A stretch of DNA of 32,000 nucleotides from Longivirga aurantiaca. Its GTDB lineage: Bacteria; Actinomycetota; Actinomycetes; S36-B12; CAIYMF01. The notes beneath the pieces were generated by a model. The model was not told the origin of the DNA, did not search any database, and worked only from the letters and a program-made list of their open reading frames with translations. How positions within the stretch are numbered: the first letter of the stretch is position 1; each line of letters opens with the position of its first letter. A program made the translations under genes and the position numbers. Below, in pieces: positions 1 to 11,119 of the stretch. Location: assembly GCF_042660085.1 (NCBI RefSeq), contig NZ_JBHSTI010000008.1:1209876-1241875 (forward strand), given 5' to 3'.

Positions 1-316
1 GCGTCTCGAGGAGCCCACGCAGCAGGCCGTAGTGCAGGCGGGTGAAGAACTCGTTGCGGATCTTCCAGCCGAACCCGCTCGCCACCCAGGTGAGGAACAG
101 GATCGTCAGGCCGACGACCTCGAGGCCGAGGTAGACGATCGCGAAGCCCAGCACGCGCAGCGGCTTGAACCACGGGGGGAGCGCGAACGACACGAGCACC
201 AGCAGCAGGAGGATCCAGGGGATCGCGAACAGGATGAGCCACACCCCGAAGAACCACACGAGCGGCGCGACCACGATCCGACGGAGCCAGTACGGCGGCA
301 GCCAGAGGTTCATCAC
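1..316 (-). CDS. N-terminal part of a hydrophobic membrane-associated protein (truncated by window edge); product uncertain
   Basis: Manual reverse translation from ATG at 316: MNLWLPPYWLRRIVVAPLVWFFGVWLILFAIPWILLLLVLVSFALPPWFKPLRVLGFAIVYLGLEVVGLTILFLTWVASGFGWKIRNEFF..., open to the edge and strongly hydrophobic; directly upstream of and co-directional with the truncated window edge. Confidence 0.55.
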   Translation of the reverse strand, partial: MMNLWLPPYWLRRIVVAPLVWFFGVWLILFAIPWILLLLVLVSFALPPWFKPLRVLGFAIVYLGLEVVGLTILFLTWVASGFGWKIRNEFFTRLHYGLLRGLLET

Positions 317-325
317 GTCCCCCAG

Positions 326-1207
326 TCAGCCGGTGATTCCGAGGTCGGCGAGGTAGGCGGTCGACGCGTTGCGCGCGGCCGCGATCCGCTCCGGGATCCG
401 GCTGGTGTCGCGGTACCCGAGCGAGGCGCGCTCGTTGTAGCGCGGCGCCGTGCCCCCCGTGGGCAGCACGTGCACCTCGAGCTCGCCCTGGCTGCGTGCG
501 AGCGAGGCGGTGAAACGGGCGCGCCGCGCGACCTCGAAGGCGACCAGGCCGACCTCGAGCGGGTTGGTGGCGGGGGAGAGCGGCTGCTCGACCCGGCCCA
601 CCTGCAGCACGAACACCCGCTCGGCCCCCGCCTTGCGGGCACGGTCGAGCGGGATCGAGTTGACGATGCCGCCGTCGATGAAGTGCTCGCCGTCGATCTC
701 GTACGCCGGGAAGAGCCCGGGCACCGCCGAGGACGCCAGCACCGCCGGCACGATCGGCCCGGAGGTGAACCAGTGCTCGGCCGCCCGCTCGATCGACGCA
801 GCGCAGCACATGAACGGCACCTGGAGGTCCTCGATGAGCGTCACGGTCAGGTGCCGCTCGACCAGCACCTGCAGCGCCTTGTGGCCGTAGAGGGCGGTGC
901 GGGTGCGCCACGCGGTCCGGGTGACGGTCTGGGCCCGCTCGAGCCACGAGCCCGAGAACGGGCCCTCGTCGGCGTCGGACCAGAGCGCCTCGAGCCGGTC
1001 GACACCCGCCATCGTCGGGTCGTCGGCGACGAGCGCGCCGTTGGCGGCCCCGATCGACGTGCCGATCACGAGGTCGGGCCGCACGCCCGCCTCGACGAGC
1101 GCCCGCAGCATCCCGACCTCGGCGGCGCCGAGCAGTCCGCCTCCACCGAGGACGAACGCCGTCCGCGGCCGCTGCGTCGGCGGCTGCGCGTGGGGCTCCG
1201 AGGTCAC
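326..1207 (-). CDS. Patatin-like phospholipase family protein
   Basis: Oxyanion motif GGGGLLGAAEVGMLRAL, nucleophile elbow GTSIGA, catalytic DGG (FIDGGIVNS). Likely GTG start at 1207 (VTSEPHAQ) rather than the ORF-track start at 1357. Confidence 0.88.
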   Translation of the reverse strand: MTSEPHAQPPTQRPRTAFVLGGGGLLGAAEVGMLRALVEAGVRPDLVIGTSIGAANGALVADDPTMAGVDRLEALWSDADEGPFSGSWLERAQTVTRTAWRTRTALYGHKALQVLVERHLTVTLIEDLQVPFMCCAASIERAAEHWFTSGPIVPAVLASSAVPGLFPAYEIDGEHFIDGGIVNSIPLDRARKAGAERVFVLQVGRVEQPLSPATNPLEVGLVAFEVARRARFTASLARSQGELEVHVLPTGGTAPRYNERASLGYRDTSRIPERIAAARNASTAYLADLGITG

Positions 1208-1305
1208 CCCGGCATCGTGGCACGCCGTACCCCGTGTGGCGCGTGTGACGCCGGAGCCCAGCGGGGCGCAGGTGGGGGAGGTTCCTCCACAGGCGCTCAC
1301 GACGG

Positions 1306-2217
1306 GTGGCACAGGGCGGGTCCGATCCCTACCGTCGTGTCGTGCGGTCCCCGTCACGGGCCTCGGCAGGACGCCGTCGCCGTCACATCCGGCCCCTCAC
1401 CCGCATCGCGGCTCTCGCCCTGGCCGCCCTGACCTGCACGACCGCACCGGCCCTCGTCACGACGGGCCCGGCGCACGCCGTCGACGTGATCGGCGACGAC
1501 GGCTCCGACATCTACACCGGCACCGGCGGGGTGGTCTTCCCGTCGTCCACCTGGCGCGGCGACGAGACCGGTCGGTCGGACGCCGCGGCCTGCGACGGCT
1601 GCACCTGGAGCATCACCGCGTTCTGCACCCGAGCCGACTTCGACCTCGGCAGTTGCACGGCGAGCCACCTCGACTGCCCGGCCGACCTCATCCGGGTGCG
1701 CGTCTGGCTGGCACAGCCGGGGGAGCCGCGCCGGTTCGTCGGCGCAGCGTGCATCGGGGGTACGCCGCCGCCCACCAGGACGGAGATCGGGGCCGCCGTC
1801 CGCGAGGCGGCGTCGCAGGCGCTGCCTGCCCTCCGTGCGGGGGCGCAGCCGGCCGACGGCGCTCTGATCGGGGTGCCGGCCGTGTTCCGCACCGGTCAGC
1901 CCGTCGGAGGGCTCGTCGGCGCCGATCTCTCGCTGCTCGGCCTCGACGTGCGCCTCGACGCCCGCCCGCGCTGGTGGTGGGCCTGGGGCGACGGCGGCAG
2001 CAGCTGGACGGCATCGCCGGGCGGCCGGTGGCCCGACGCCTCGGTCGCCCACACCTACCGCGCGCTCGGGGCCCAGACGGTCCGGGTCACGGCGGTGTGG
2101 CGCGGCAGCTACGTCGTGGAGGGGCTCGGGCCGTTCCCGGTGCCCGGAGACCCGCTCACGCAGGACGACGTGATCACCGTCGACGTGCGCGAGGCGCGCG
2201 CGCTGCTCGTGGGCTGA
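1306..2217 (+). CDS. Secreted protein of unknown function with a PKD-like C-terminal stretch; exact start uncertain
   Basis: Signal-peptide-like LTRIAALALAALTCTTAPALVTTGPAHA; WWWAWGDGGSSW...ASVAHTYRALGAQTVRVTAVW resembles PKD-type WxFGDG...HTY motifs. Confidence 0.65.
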   Translation: MAQGGSDPYRRVVRSPSRASAGRRRRHIRPLTRIAALALAALTCTTAPALVTTGPAHAVDVIGDDGSDIYTGTGGVVFPSSTWRGDETGRSDAAACDGCTWSITAFCTRADFDLGSCTASHLDCPADLIRVRVWLAQPGEPRRFVGAACIGGTPPPTRTEIGAAVREAASQALPALRAGAQPADGALIGVPAVFRTGQPVGGLVGADLSLLGLDVRLDARPRWWWAWGDGGSSWTASPGGRWPDASVAHTYRALGAQTVRVTAVWRGSYVVEGLGPFPVPGDPLTQDDVITVDVREARALLVG

Positions 2218-2223
2218 GCCGGG

Positions 2224-3063
2224 TCAGCGGGGCACGGAGGACACGGCGCCGACGAGAGGCCCGCGGGCGGTGGTCGCGCCGAGCTCGAGCGCGAGGTCGA
2301 GGTCGGCCTGGGTCGAGACGCCGACGGCGAGGACGGCGGCACCGGCGTCGCGTCCGGCGTCCAGGAGGCGGCGCGAGGCCACCTCGTCCCGGTGCGGGCG
2401 CGACACGTCGACCTGGACGTACGCCGGACGCAGCGTTCCCATCATCGATTCGGCCGTCGCCGACGCGTTCGTGCCGGAGACGTCGGCCACGACGAGGTGC
2501 CAGCCCCAGCCGGTCATCTCCTCGGCGGCCGCCTGCAGCCGGGTGAGGTCGGCGAAGGCGTCCTCGTGCAGCTCCGCGCAGATGTTGAGGGCCCGCCGGC
2601 CGCGCAGCCAGGCTACGGCCAGCCGCGGGGGGCACGCGCCCCCGAAGGTCTCCGGCTCGGGCGTCAGGTGCAGCTCGCCGGTGAGGCCGGCGTCCATCGC
2701 GACGTCGAAGGCGTGGCAGCGGAACGCCCAGTCGAGCCGCTCGACGAGGCCGAGGCTGCTCGCCTGCTCCAGGAGGCTGAGGGTGTCCGCCACATCCGTG
2801 CCGGGAGCACCGCGGCCGACTGCCTTCCAGCCCACGAGCGGGCCGGACGCCGGCGTCGGGCCGTCGAGCCGGCGGACGGGGGAGAAGTCGGGACCGAGCA
2901 GGGAGGGCTCGGCGATCAGCTGCTCCACCTGCTCGCGCACGCGCCTGTTGCGGTCCAGCCCCGCGGACAGGATCTCCGAGGGCCGGGGATGCGGTGCGGG
3001 GGCCCCGGCACGTCCGCTCGCGGGCAGGCCGGAGGAGGCGCGCGCGGGCGGAATGAGCGTCAC
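2224..3063 (-). CDS. EAL-domain-like protein (putative, possibly degenerate cyclic-di-GMP phosphodiesterase)
   Basis: EAL-like architecture: LVGWKAVGRGAP, NICAELHEDAF, VADVSGTNAS, PAYVQVDVSRPH, AVLAVGVSTQADLDLALELGATTARGPLVGAVS. The canonical EAL triad and several metal ligands are not evident. Confidence 0.6.
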   Translation of the reverse strand: MTLIPPARASSGLPASGRAGAPAPHPRPSEILSAGLDRNRRVREQVEQLIAEPSLLGPDFSPVRRLDGPTPASGPLVGWKAVGRGAPGTDVADTLSLLEQASSLGLVERLDWAFRCHAFDVAMDAGLTGELHLTPEPETFGGACPPRLAVAWLRGRRALNICAELHEDAFADLTRLQAAAEEMTGWGWHLVVADVSGTNASATAESMMGTLRPAYVQVDVSRPHRDEVASRRLLDAGRDAGAAVLAVGVSTQADLDLALELGATTARGPLVGAVSSVPR

Positions 3064-3181
3064 CTACAAGTCGTCGGCACCATCGGCGTCGTCTTGAGCG
3101 CATCCCGCCTCCGGGCGTACTACGTTCCGGGTGCGGGCGGCGATGGAGCCGCCGGCACGTGCACGCGCCGAGGAGGAACGC

Positions 3182-3592
3182 ATGGGTGGCATCGGGAGCC
3201 CGATCGTGGTCGGGTACGTCGAGACGCCGGAGGGCCAGGCAGCCCTGGATCGCGCGGTCACCGAGGCGCAGCAGCGCAGCGCCAAGCTCGTGGTCATCAA
3301 CTCGCAGAAGGGCGGCCGGAGCCTCAGCCCCGAGCACGCCGTCGAGGTGGACGACGAGATGAACGCCCTCCACTCCCGGCTGCACGAGATCGGCGTCGAG
3401 CACGAGGTGCGCCAGCTCGTCCGGGGCAGCGACCCGGCGGAGGACCTCATCGCCGTCGCCGACGAGGTGGACGCCGACATGATCGTGATCGGCCTGCGCC
3501 GCCGGACGCCAGTCGGCAAGCTGATCATGGGCAGCAACAGCCAGACGATCCTGCTCGACGCGAGCTGCCCGGTCCTCGCCGTCAAGGCGTAG
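3182..3592 (+). CDS. Universal stress protein (UspA family)
   Basis: IVVGYVETPEG...ALDRAVTEAQQRSAKLVVIN...DMIVIGLRRRTPVGKLIMGSNSQTILLDASCPVLAV; ATG at 3182 preceded by gaggaacgc. Confidence 0.92.
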   Translation: MGGIGSPIVVGYVETPEGQAALDRAVTEAQQRSAKLVVINSQKGGRSLSPEHAVEVDDEMNALHSRLHEIGVEHEVRQLVRGSDPAEDLIAVADEVDADMIVIGLRRRTPVGKLIMGSNSQTILLDASCPVLAVKA

Positions 3593-3670
3593 CCGCACTC
3601 CTGGTCGAACCGGTCACATCCGCATCACCGCGAGGTCGGTGACGGGCGCGCGGAGACGTACCGTGGGCGG

Positions 3671-4273
3671 GTGACGACGTCGACGACCGGCCCCGCACCC
3701 CGCTCGCTCTCCCTGTGCTTCGACGTCCGGGGCGATGCCCTCCTCGCGCGCGACCCGTTCGCGCTCGTGACGGGCATGCTGCTCGATCAGCAGATGCCGA
3801 TGGAGCGGGCGTTCCTCGGGCCGTGGAAGCTGGCCGAGCGGATGGGCACGACCGAGCGGCTCGACGTCGCGCGGATCGCGGCGTACGACCCCGAGGAGTT
3901 CGCGGCGCTCGTGTCGGCACCGCCTGCCGTGCACCGGTTCCCGGGCTCCATGGCCGGCCGCATCCAGGGCCTCGCCCGCCACGTGGTGGTCGAGTACGCC
4001 GGCGACACCGCGGCCATCTGGCGCTCGGTGCCGTCGGGCGACGCTCTCTACCACCGGCTCCTCGACCTGCCGGGGTACGGCGACCAGAAGGCGCGCATCC
4101 TCCTCGCCCTCCTCGGCAAGCAGTTCGAGGTGCGCCCGCGCGGCTGGCGCGAGGCGGCGGGCGCCTACGGCGAGGCCGGCTCGACCCGGTCCGTCGCCGA
4201 CGTGACCGACGCCGTGAGCCTGGCCGCGGTCCGGTCGTCCAAGCAGGCGGCCAAGGCGGCCGCTGCGCGCTGA
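3671..4273 (+). CDS. HhH-GPD-type base-excision DNA repair protein
   Basis: [57 protein letters not shown] (HhH-GPD-like motif). Confidence 0.85.
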   Translation: MTTSTTGPAPRSLSLCFDVRGDALLARDPFALVTGMLLDQQMPMERAFLGPWKLAERMGTTERLDVARIAAYDPEEFAALVSAPPAVHRFPGSMAGRIQGLARHVVVEYAGDTAAIWRSVPSGDALYHRLLDLPGYGDQKARILLALLGKQFEVRPRGWREAAGAYGEAGSTRSVADVTDAVSLAAVRSSKQAAKAAAAR

Positions 4274-4461
4274 GCGGACACCGGGAACGCCCCCACCCCC
4301 GCGGCTCGTCCCACCACCGCCGCGCGGAGCGCCCCCGCCGGTCGGGGGGAATGTCCGGGCCGTGTCACAATGTTCACCGGACGCCCCTTGCGCTCCGCCT
4401 CACCTCGCACGCCCCGGTGACCCCTGGATGCGTGCCCGCCCGCCCGACGAGAGGTTTGTTC

Positions 4462-5928
<1,467 letters not shown>

Positions 5929-5944
5929 TCCAGCGCCGTTCGCT

Positions 5945-5977
5945 GCTGAGACCCGTTGCTGCGCAGCGGGTCTCAGC
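5945..5977 (+). terminator. Intrinsic terminator-like hairpin downstream of sigA
   Basis: Inverted repeat GCTGAGACCCG (5945-5955) / CGGGTCTCAGC (5967-5977), 17 nt after the sigA stop. Confidence 0.8.
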
Positions 5978-5989
5978 GCTTGAGCCCGC

Positions 5990-6735
5990 GAACCGGACGG
6001 GTCGGTTCCGGCTGGATGGTCGATCTGCGAGCCCTCCGACCCGACCTCCCGCCCACCGTGCTCAACGGCCCGCTGGGAGCGCACCGCACCGCGGACTGGT
6101 TCACAGCCGACCTGGGCGACCTCTCCCGGGTCGCGGACCGAGCCGGGTGCCGGATCAACGACGTCTACCTCGCTGTCATGGCCGGCTGCCTGCGGAATGT
6201 CCTGATCGACAGGTCGGAGCTCGAGGCGACCACCCGCGTACGGGTCCTGGTGCCGGTGTCCATGCGCCGGAGCGCGTCCGACCTGCGCGCCGGCAACCTC
6301 GACGCGGCGTTCTTCATCGATCTCCCGGTGCACCTCGAGTCGCCGCGGGCGATTCTCGACGACATCGCACGGCAGACGAGCGGAGCCAAGGCAGCCGGCG
6401 ACCCGCTCGCGACGGAGCAGCTCCTGCGCGCCGGTGACCTCGTACCCGTGCCGCTGCTCGATCGCGGCCCGGGCCTACGTGCGCCCGGCCAGGCACGGGT
6501 GAACTTCGTGGCGTCGGACGTCCGCGGGCCGAGCGAGCCGCTGGAGCTGTGCGGTCGACCGATCCGCGACATCGTGCAGTGCCTGCCGCTGGCGCTCGAC
6601 GTGCGGGTCACGAGTGCGCTCGTGTCGTACGCCGGCCGCGCGGTCGTCTCGGTGACTGTCGACCACGCGGTCTCGCCCGATGCCTCGACCCTGACCCCGC
6701 CGGTCGGTGACAACCGCTATCGGTCGTGCCCTTCC
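5990..6735 (+). pseudogene. Truncated wax ester synthase/diacylglycerol acyltransferase (WS/DGAT) family remnant
   Basis: ORF contains a WS/DGAT C-terminal-like region (LSRVADRAGCRINDVYLAVMAGCLRNVL...VRVLVPVSMR...GNLDAAFFIDLPV...VNFVASDVRGPSEPLELCGRPI) but lacks the N-terminal HHxxxDG catalytic half. It loses similarity at the C-terminus before running into the next gene. Boundaries approximate. Confidence 0.7.
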
Positions 6736-6785
6736 ACGGCTAGCATCCGTCGTCATCCAGCGACGTTCGCTGGCCAGGAGGCCCC

Positions 6786-8351
6786 ATGCCGGAGTCCATC
6801 AGTCGTCGACGATTCCTCTCAGGAGCGGCGGCGGTCGCTGCGGGGGTCGCCCTGTCGGGTCCGCTGCCCGCGGCCTCCGCTGCGCGCCGCCGGAGCCGCG
6901 TCGTGGTCCTGGGCGCCGGGCTCGCCGGCCTGGCAGCGGCGTACGAGATCAAGAAGGCCGACCGCTCCGTCGACGTGGTCGTGCTGGAAGGACAGAACCG
7001 CGTCGGCGGTCGCGTCCTCACTGCCCGGACCGACAGCGACGGCGTCCCGTTCGCCGACGGCCTCCACGTCGAGCTGGGCGCGCATCGCATCCCGAGCAAC
7101 CACGACCGGACCCTCGGCTACATCAGGGAGCTGGGCCTGGACTCTCAGGTCGTGCCCTTCCAGGACGTGCTGCCGGACGGTTCGCCGAGTCGCCGGAAGT
7201 TCGTCCTGCGCGATACGGCGTTCTACTCCGACGAGCCCTTCCCGGACGTCCTCGAGCTGACGCCCGACGAGCGTGCCGACGTCTACGCCGGGTACTGGTA
7301 CTACGAGACGCGCTTCGTGAGCGGTCAGCGACCGCCCTCGGGGAGCAACATGCTCGGCAGGATCGTCGTGCCGCGCTTCGCCGCGACCGACTGGCCCTAC
7401 GGCCGCAGCGACCGTGCCTCGGTCGACGCGTGGAACAGCATCACCCTCGAGCAGTTCCTGGCGGGCAACGGCGCCAGCGCCGACTGGATCCGCTTCTACA
7501 AGGCGGAGAACGGCTCGGAGCCGTCTGAGATCGCGGCGCTCCCGTGGCTCGCCCAGGACGTGCTGCATGCCAAGTGGTTCGACACCTTGTACCTGCAAGG
7601 TGGTCTGGACCAGATCGCTGACGGGCTGGCGGCACGGTTGACCGCGGCCGGGGTGCCCATCCGGCTGGAGCACGAGATCCTCTCCGTCACAGCCGGCCCA
7701 TCGTCGACGAGCGTGCTCTACCGCGAGCCCTCGGGCGCACTGCGCAGCATCGAGGCTGCGCGCGTCGTGTGCGCGCTGCCGTTCTCCGCCCTGCGCTACC
7801 GCGGCGTCGACCTGTCCGGCGCAGGTCTCACGGCACAGAAGCGGTATTGGATCGACAACCTCCCCATGGTCGCCTCGGCGCGGGTCGCCCTGCAGTCAAG
7901 CACCCGGTTCTGGAACAGCGAAGGTCTCGAGGGTCTGCACCTGGTCGGTACGGACACCGCTCTCGAGCGGATCTGGCACTCCACCAGCACGCAGCCGGCG
8001 GGCAGCGGCATCCTTCAGGCCTACCTCCAGTCCGAGAGCGCGCGCAACGCCCCGGCCACGGGGACCATCGACTGGTTCGCGCAGCAGCTGGCCGGCGTGC
8101 TCCCGCAGGTGGCGGGAGGCGGAGGCTGGAACGGCCAGGGCGCCGCAAAGCTGTGGCACCTCGATCCGTGGGTTCGCGGTGCGTGGGCGTCGCCCGGCCC
8201 CGGCGACCTGGTCGAGGGCTTCCATGTCTGGGGTCGCCCCGAGGGCCGAATCCACTTCGCCGGGGAGCACACGTCGTTGTTCATGGGCTGGATGCAGGGT
8301 GCGCTCGAGTCCGGGCAGCGGGCATCGGCCGAGGTGTTGGCCGCCCTCTGA
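6786..8351 (+). CDS. Tat-exported FAD-dependent flavin amine oxidase family protein
   Basis: Twin-arginine signal ISRRRFLSGAAAVAAGVALSGPLPAASA; FAD-binding VVVLGAGLAGLAAAYEIKKA and NRVGGRVLT; C-terminal IHFAGEHTSLFMGWMQGALESGQRASAEV. Confidence 0.92.
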   Translation: MPESISRRRFLSGAAAVAAGVALSGPLPAASAARRRSRVVVLGAGLAGLAAAYEIKKADRSVDVVVLEGQNRVGGRVLTARTDSDGVPFADGLHVELGAHRIPSNHDRTLGYIRELGLDSQVVPFQDVLPDGSPSRRKFVLRDTAFYSDEPFPDVLELTPDERADVYAGYWYYETRFVSGQRPPSGSNMLGRIVVPRFAATDWPYGRSDRASVDAWNSITLEQFLAGNGASADWIRFYKAENGSEPSEIAALPWLAQDVLHAKWFDTLYLQGGLDQIADGLAARLTAAGVPIRLEHEILSVTAGPSSTSVLYREPSGALRSIEAARVVCALPFSALRYRGVDLSGAGLTAQKRYWIDNLPMVASARVALQSSTRFWNSEGLEGLHLVGTDTALERIWHSTSTQPAGSGILQAYLQSESARNAPATGTIDWFAQQLAGVLPQVAGGGGWNGQGAAKLWHLDPWVRGAWASPGPGDLVEGFHVWGRPEGRIHFAGEHTSLFMGWMQGALESGQRASAEVLAAL

Positions 8352-8889
8352 CGGAGTCGATACTGTCGGCCGCGCCTGCAGGATCAGCCCGCCAGGGTTG
8401 GCCACTCACCTCTGCTCGACAGTTCGACGCAGCCACCATCGCTGCTCTCCGTCGCGACCCTGTGACGCACCGTCGATGCTGGCGTCGACAGAGCAGGGCG
8501 CAGCGCCATGCCGCACGGGAGGCGGGCCACAAGCCGGCGCACCTTCCTCCCCGAAAGCCACCGTCGCCCAGGAGCCGGTCCGTGATCCGTCCGACCCGTC
8601 GTGCCCGTCGTCCGCTTCTTTATCGAGAGCCGTAACCGGCGGATCGCTGATTAAGCAGCCAACCTAGGGCCGTAGCAGCGAGGCGTGACGCGCCTACTAG
8701 CTGGGCCTGTGCAAGCCCTTCCGCGGACACGCATCGAATAGCTCCGTCGATTGCTGTAACTGAAGTCCGTGACCTTCTTGATGGAATCGGCCCACACTGA
8801 GGTCAAGAGGATGACCGCGGACTCAGTCCAGGATAGTGACGCGCACAGCGCGGCCCACGCCTGCGTGATCCGTTGCCGCGCACAGCGTT

Positions 8890-8920
8890 CAGCCGTTCCT
8901 GGTGCGCGACTACCTGGACT
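8890..8920 (+). repeat. Short partial copy of the 3' terminus of sigA (31 bp)
   Basis: cagccgttcc (8890-8899) equals sigA 5892-5901 and gcgcgactacctggact (8904-8920) equals sigA 5910-5926, with an 8-nt to 4-nt difference between the blocks. Confidence 0.8.
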
Positions 8921-9102
8921 AGGAGACAGGAACGAAATCAGTCGAACCCCTTGCGTAGCAGGAGGTTTCGTCGTTTCATCACATCAGGGTTGCCTCGCAC
9001 AGCGCTCTCTCCCTGCACATGTAGGTTGAGGCGCAGCTTTCCGAGCCGGCTGGGTCGCGAGCCGGAGAGTCTTCCGAGCCCGCCAACTCCGGGTCGGCAC
9101 GG

Positions 9103-10734
9103 CTAGCGCGACCCGCGCCGCTCGTCGGCCAACGCCCGTTCTTGGGCCACGTGCGCGACTGCCGCCGCCGCGGATGGGTGCCCAGCCACGAAGACCGTGA
9201 AGTCCAGTCGGGAGATCGCGAAGGTGGTCAGCTCGCCCACGGCGGTGACCGTTGCGGTGCGTGGGACCTGGCGCAACAGGGCCATCTCGCCGAAGCCGCT
9301 TCCCGGCCCGAGTTCGGCGACCATCGTGCCGTTCCGGCTGACCCGAGCACGACCCGACATCACCACGTGGAAATCGTCGCCGACGGCCCCCTGCACCATC
9401 ACGTCCTCGCCATCGGCGAACGTCCGCTCGACCCCGACGGCCGCGAGGTGGTCCACCGCGGCCAGCGGAAGGGAGTCCAGTTGGCGACACTCGCGGAGGG
9501 CAGAGACGTTGTCGCCGGGAATGAGCCGGGTGTCGAGCCGGCGGGCCCACGGAATGCTGCCCGCGGCAAGCGTCACGAGCACGCATCCCGTGAGCCCCAA
9601 CGAGGGACCGACGCCGAACTTCGGGACCGCCAGGCCGGCGACCAGGGAACCGATGGTGACACCCAGGACGAGGATCACTTCGAACGCGGCGAATGCTCGT
9701 CCGAGGATGGTGGGAGGGATCACCCTGGCGACCAGGGTGAATGCCCCGACGTCAAGCACCGCGTTGCCTACTCCGATGATGGCGAATCCGAGGTAGCCGA
9801 CAGCCGGCACGGTCAAGAAGCCGAGGGCAACCATCGGAAGCCCCCAGAGAGCCACGCCCACTGCAACGGCTCGGCTGATGCGCGTCGAGGTGACAAGTGC
9901 GGCCGCGGCCGCACTGCCTGCCAGGCCTCCCACACCCATCATCGCCGTCAACCAACCGACGCCTGGGTCGCCCTGTCCGAATGTGTCGACCGCGAGGACG
10001 ACCACGGCGATGAGGAGCACCCCGCGGGCGAATGTCTGCACGAACACCAGCGCGATGAGAGGTGGCTCCTGGAGCAGGGCGCGCAGGCCCACGCCGAACT
10101 CCCTGATCGCGGAAGCCAGCGTCATAGCGCTGCCGGGGTCACCGGGGGAAGTGACGTCGTGGATGCGGCGGACAGCAACCGCGGCTGCCCCCACCACGAC
10201 CGCCGCCAGCGCCAGGCCCAGTGGTGGCGGGCCAACCACGAGTAGCACTCCGGCGAGCACGGGTCCTGCCAATGTACCGGCGCTCTCAGCGAACGCCGAG
10301 GCGGCGTTGGCCGCTGTCAGCTGCGCCGGGCTGGTGGCCAGGTGCGGAAGCAGTGCACCGCTCATGGGCCGGTGCGTACTGAACAGGACCGAAGCGAGCC
10401 CTCCGACGAGCAATACCGCCATCGGCGCTCCTGCGACCAGGAAGGCCGCGGCCAGAGCCAACAGGCCGGACCGCGTCGCGAGGACGGCTGTCAGCCAGCT
10501 CTCCCGCCGACCCCGATCGGACCACCCGATGACGACAGGCGTGACGATGAGGGCCGGCACAGCTCGCAGGATCGAGAAGCCGGCGAGCAGCCCGGGACCG
10601 CCGACCTCGTAGGCCACGACCAGCAGCACGACCAGCGACGCAGTCTCGGCGATGACCGACAAGCCCCAGGCCAGCACCGACCATCGGAGACTCGGCACCG
10701 CCATCACGGCGCGCAGCCTCACGCCGCGACCCAA
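9103..10734 (-). CDS. MFS transporter fused to a C-terminal cyclic nucleotide-binding domain
   Basis: About 12 hydrophobic segments with MFS loop motif IGWSDRGRRE; C-terminal FADGEDVMVQGAVGDDFHVVMSGRARVSRNGTMVAELGPGSGFGEMALLRQVPRTATVTAVGELTTFAISR is a CNB domain. Start may be internal (MAVPSLRW, 10704). Confidence 0.9.
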   Translation of the reverse strand: MGRGVRLRAVMAVPSLRWSVLAWGLSVIAETASLVVLLVVAYEVGGPGLLAGFSILRAVPALIVTPVVIGWSDRGRRESWLTAVLATRSGLLALAAAFLVAGAPMAVLLVGGLASVLFSTHRPMSGALLPHLATSPAQLTAANAASAFAESAGTLAGPVLAGVLLVVGPPPLGLALAAVVVGAAAVAVRRIHDVTSPGDPGSAMTLASAIREFGVGLRALLQEPPLIALVFVQTFARGVLLIAVVVLAVDTFGQGDPGVGWLTAMMGVGGLAGSAAAAALVTSTRISRAVAVGVALWGLPMVALGFLTVPAVGYLGFAIIGVGNAVLDVGAFTLVARVIPPTILGRAFAAFEVILVLGVTIGSLVAGLAVPKFGVGPSLGLTGCVLVTLAAGSIPWARRLDTRLIPGDNVSALRECRQLDSLPLAAVDHLAAVGVERTFADGEDVMVQGAVGDDFHVVMSGRARVSRNGTMVAELGPGSGFGEMALLRQVPRTATVTAVGELTTFAISRLDFTVFVAGHPSAAAAVAHVAQERALADERRGSR

Positions 10735-11085
10735 GCACGGTCCGTCGATGTGGTGGGCCCCATCCGGCAGAGCCTGCCCTACCGCGGCGCGCTGCGCGGC
10801 CTATGGCCTGAGACGCGCCGCAGGCACGAGACCGGGTGGTGGCCTGACAGGGCACGCTCGGCTAGCAGCTGGGCTCCAACCGCCCGGTGCAACCTGATGC
10901 TGGAGACCCTGGGCTACCCGGATGCGCCTGGGGGCGATCGAGGCGGCCGGTGTCCCTTCTAGGTATTGCACCGCACAGCTCTCGCTGATCCCGTGAGGCA
11001 CAATCCCTTTCGCACTGCGCTCAGGCGTCCGGAGTGCGCGACCAGTTGGGCTGAGCACCTCAGCCGATCACCCTGCAGCAGTCAC

Positions 11086-11119
11086 GCTGAAGCCCGCTGC
11101 CCCGGCAGCGGGCTTCAGC
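11086..11119 (-). terminator. Strong GC-rich hairpin overlapping the stop of the 11115-11597 CDS
   Basis: Inverted repeat GCTGAAGCCCGCTGCC (11086-11101) / GGCAGCGGGCTTCAGC (11104-11119). It begins at the CDS 3' end. Confidence 0.7.
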
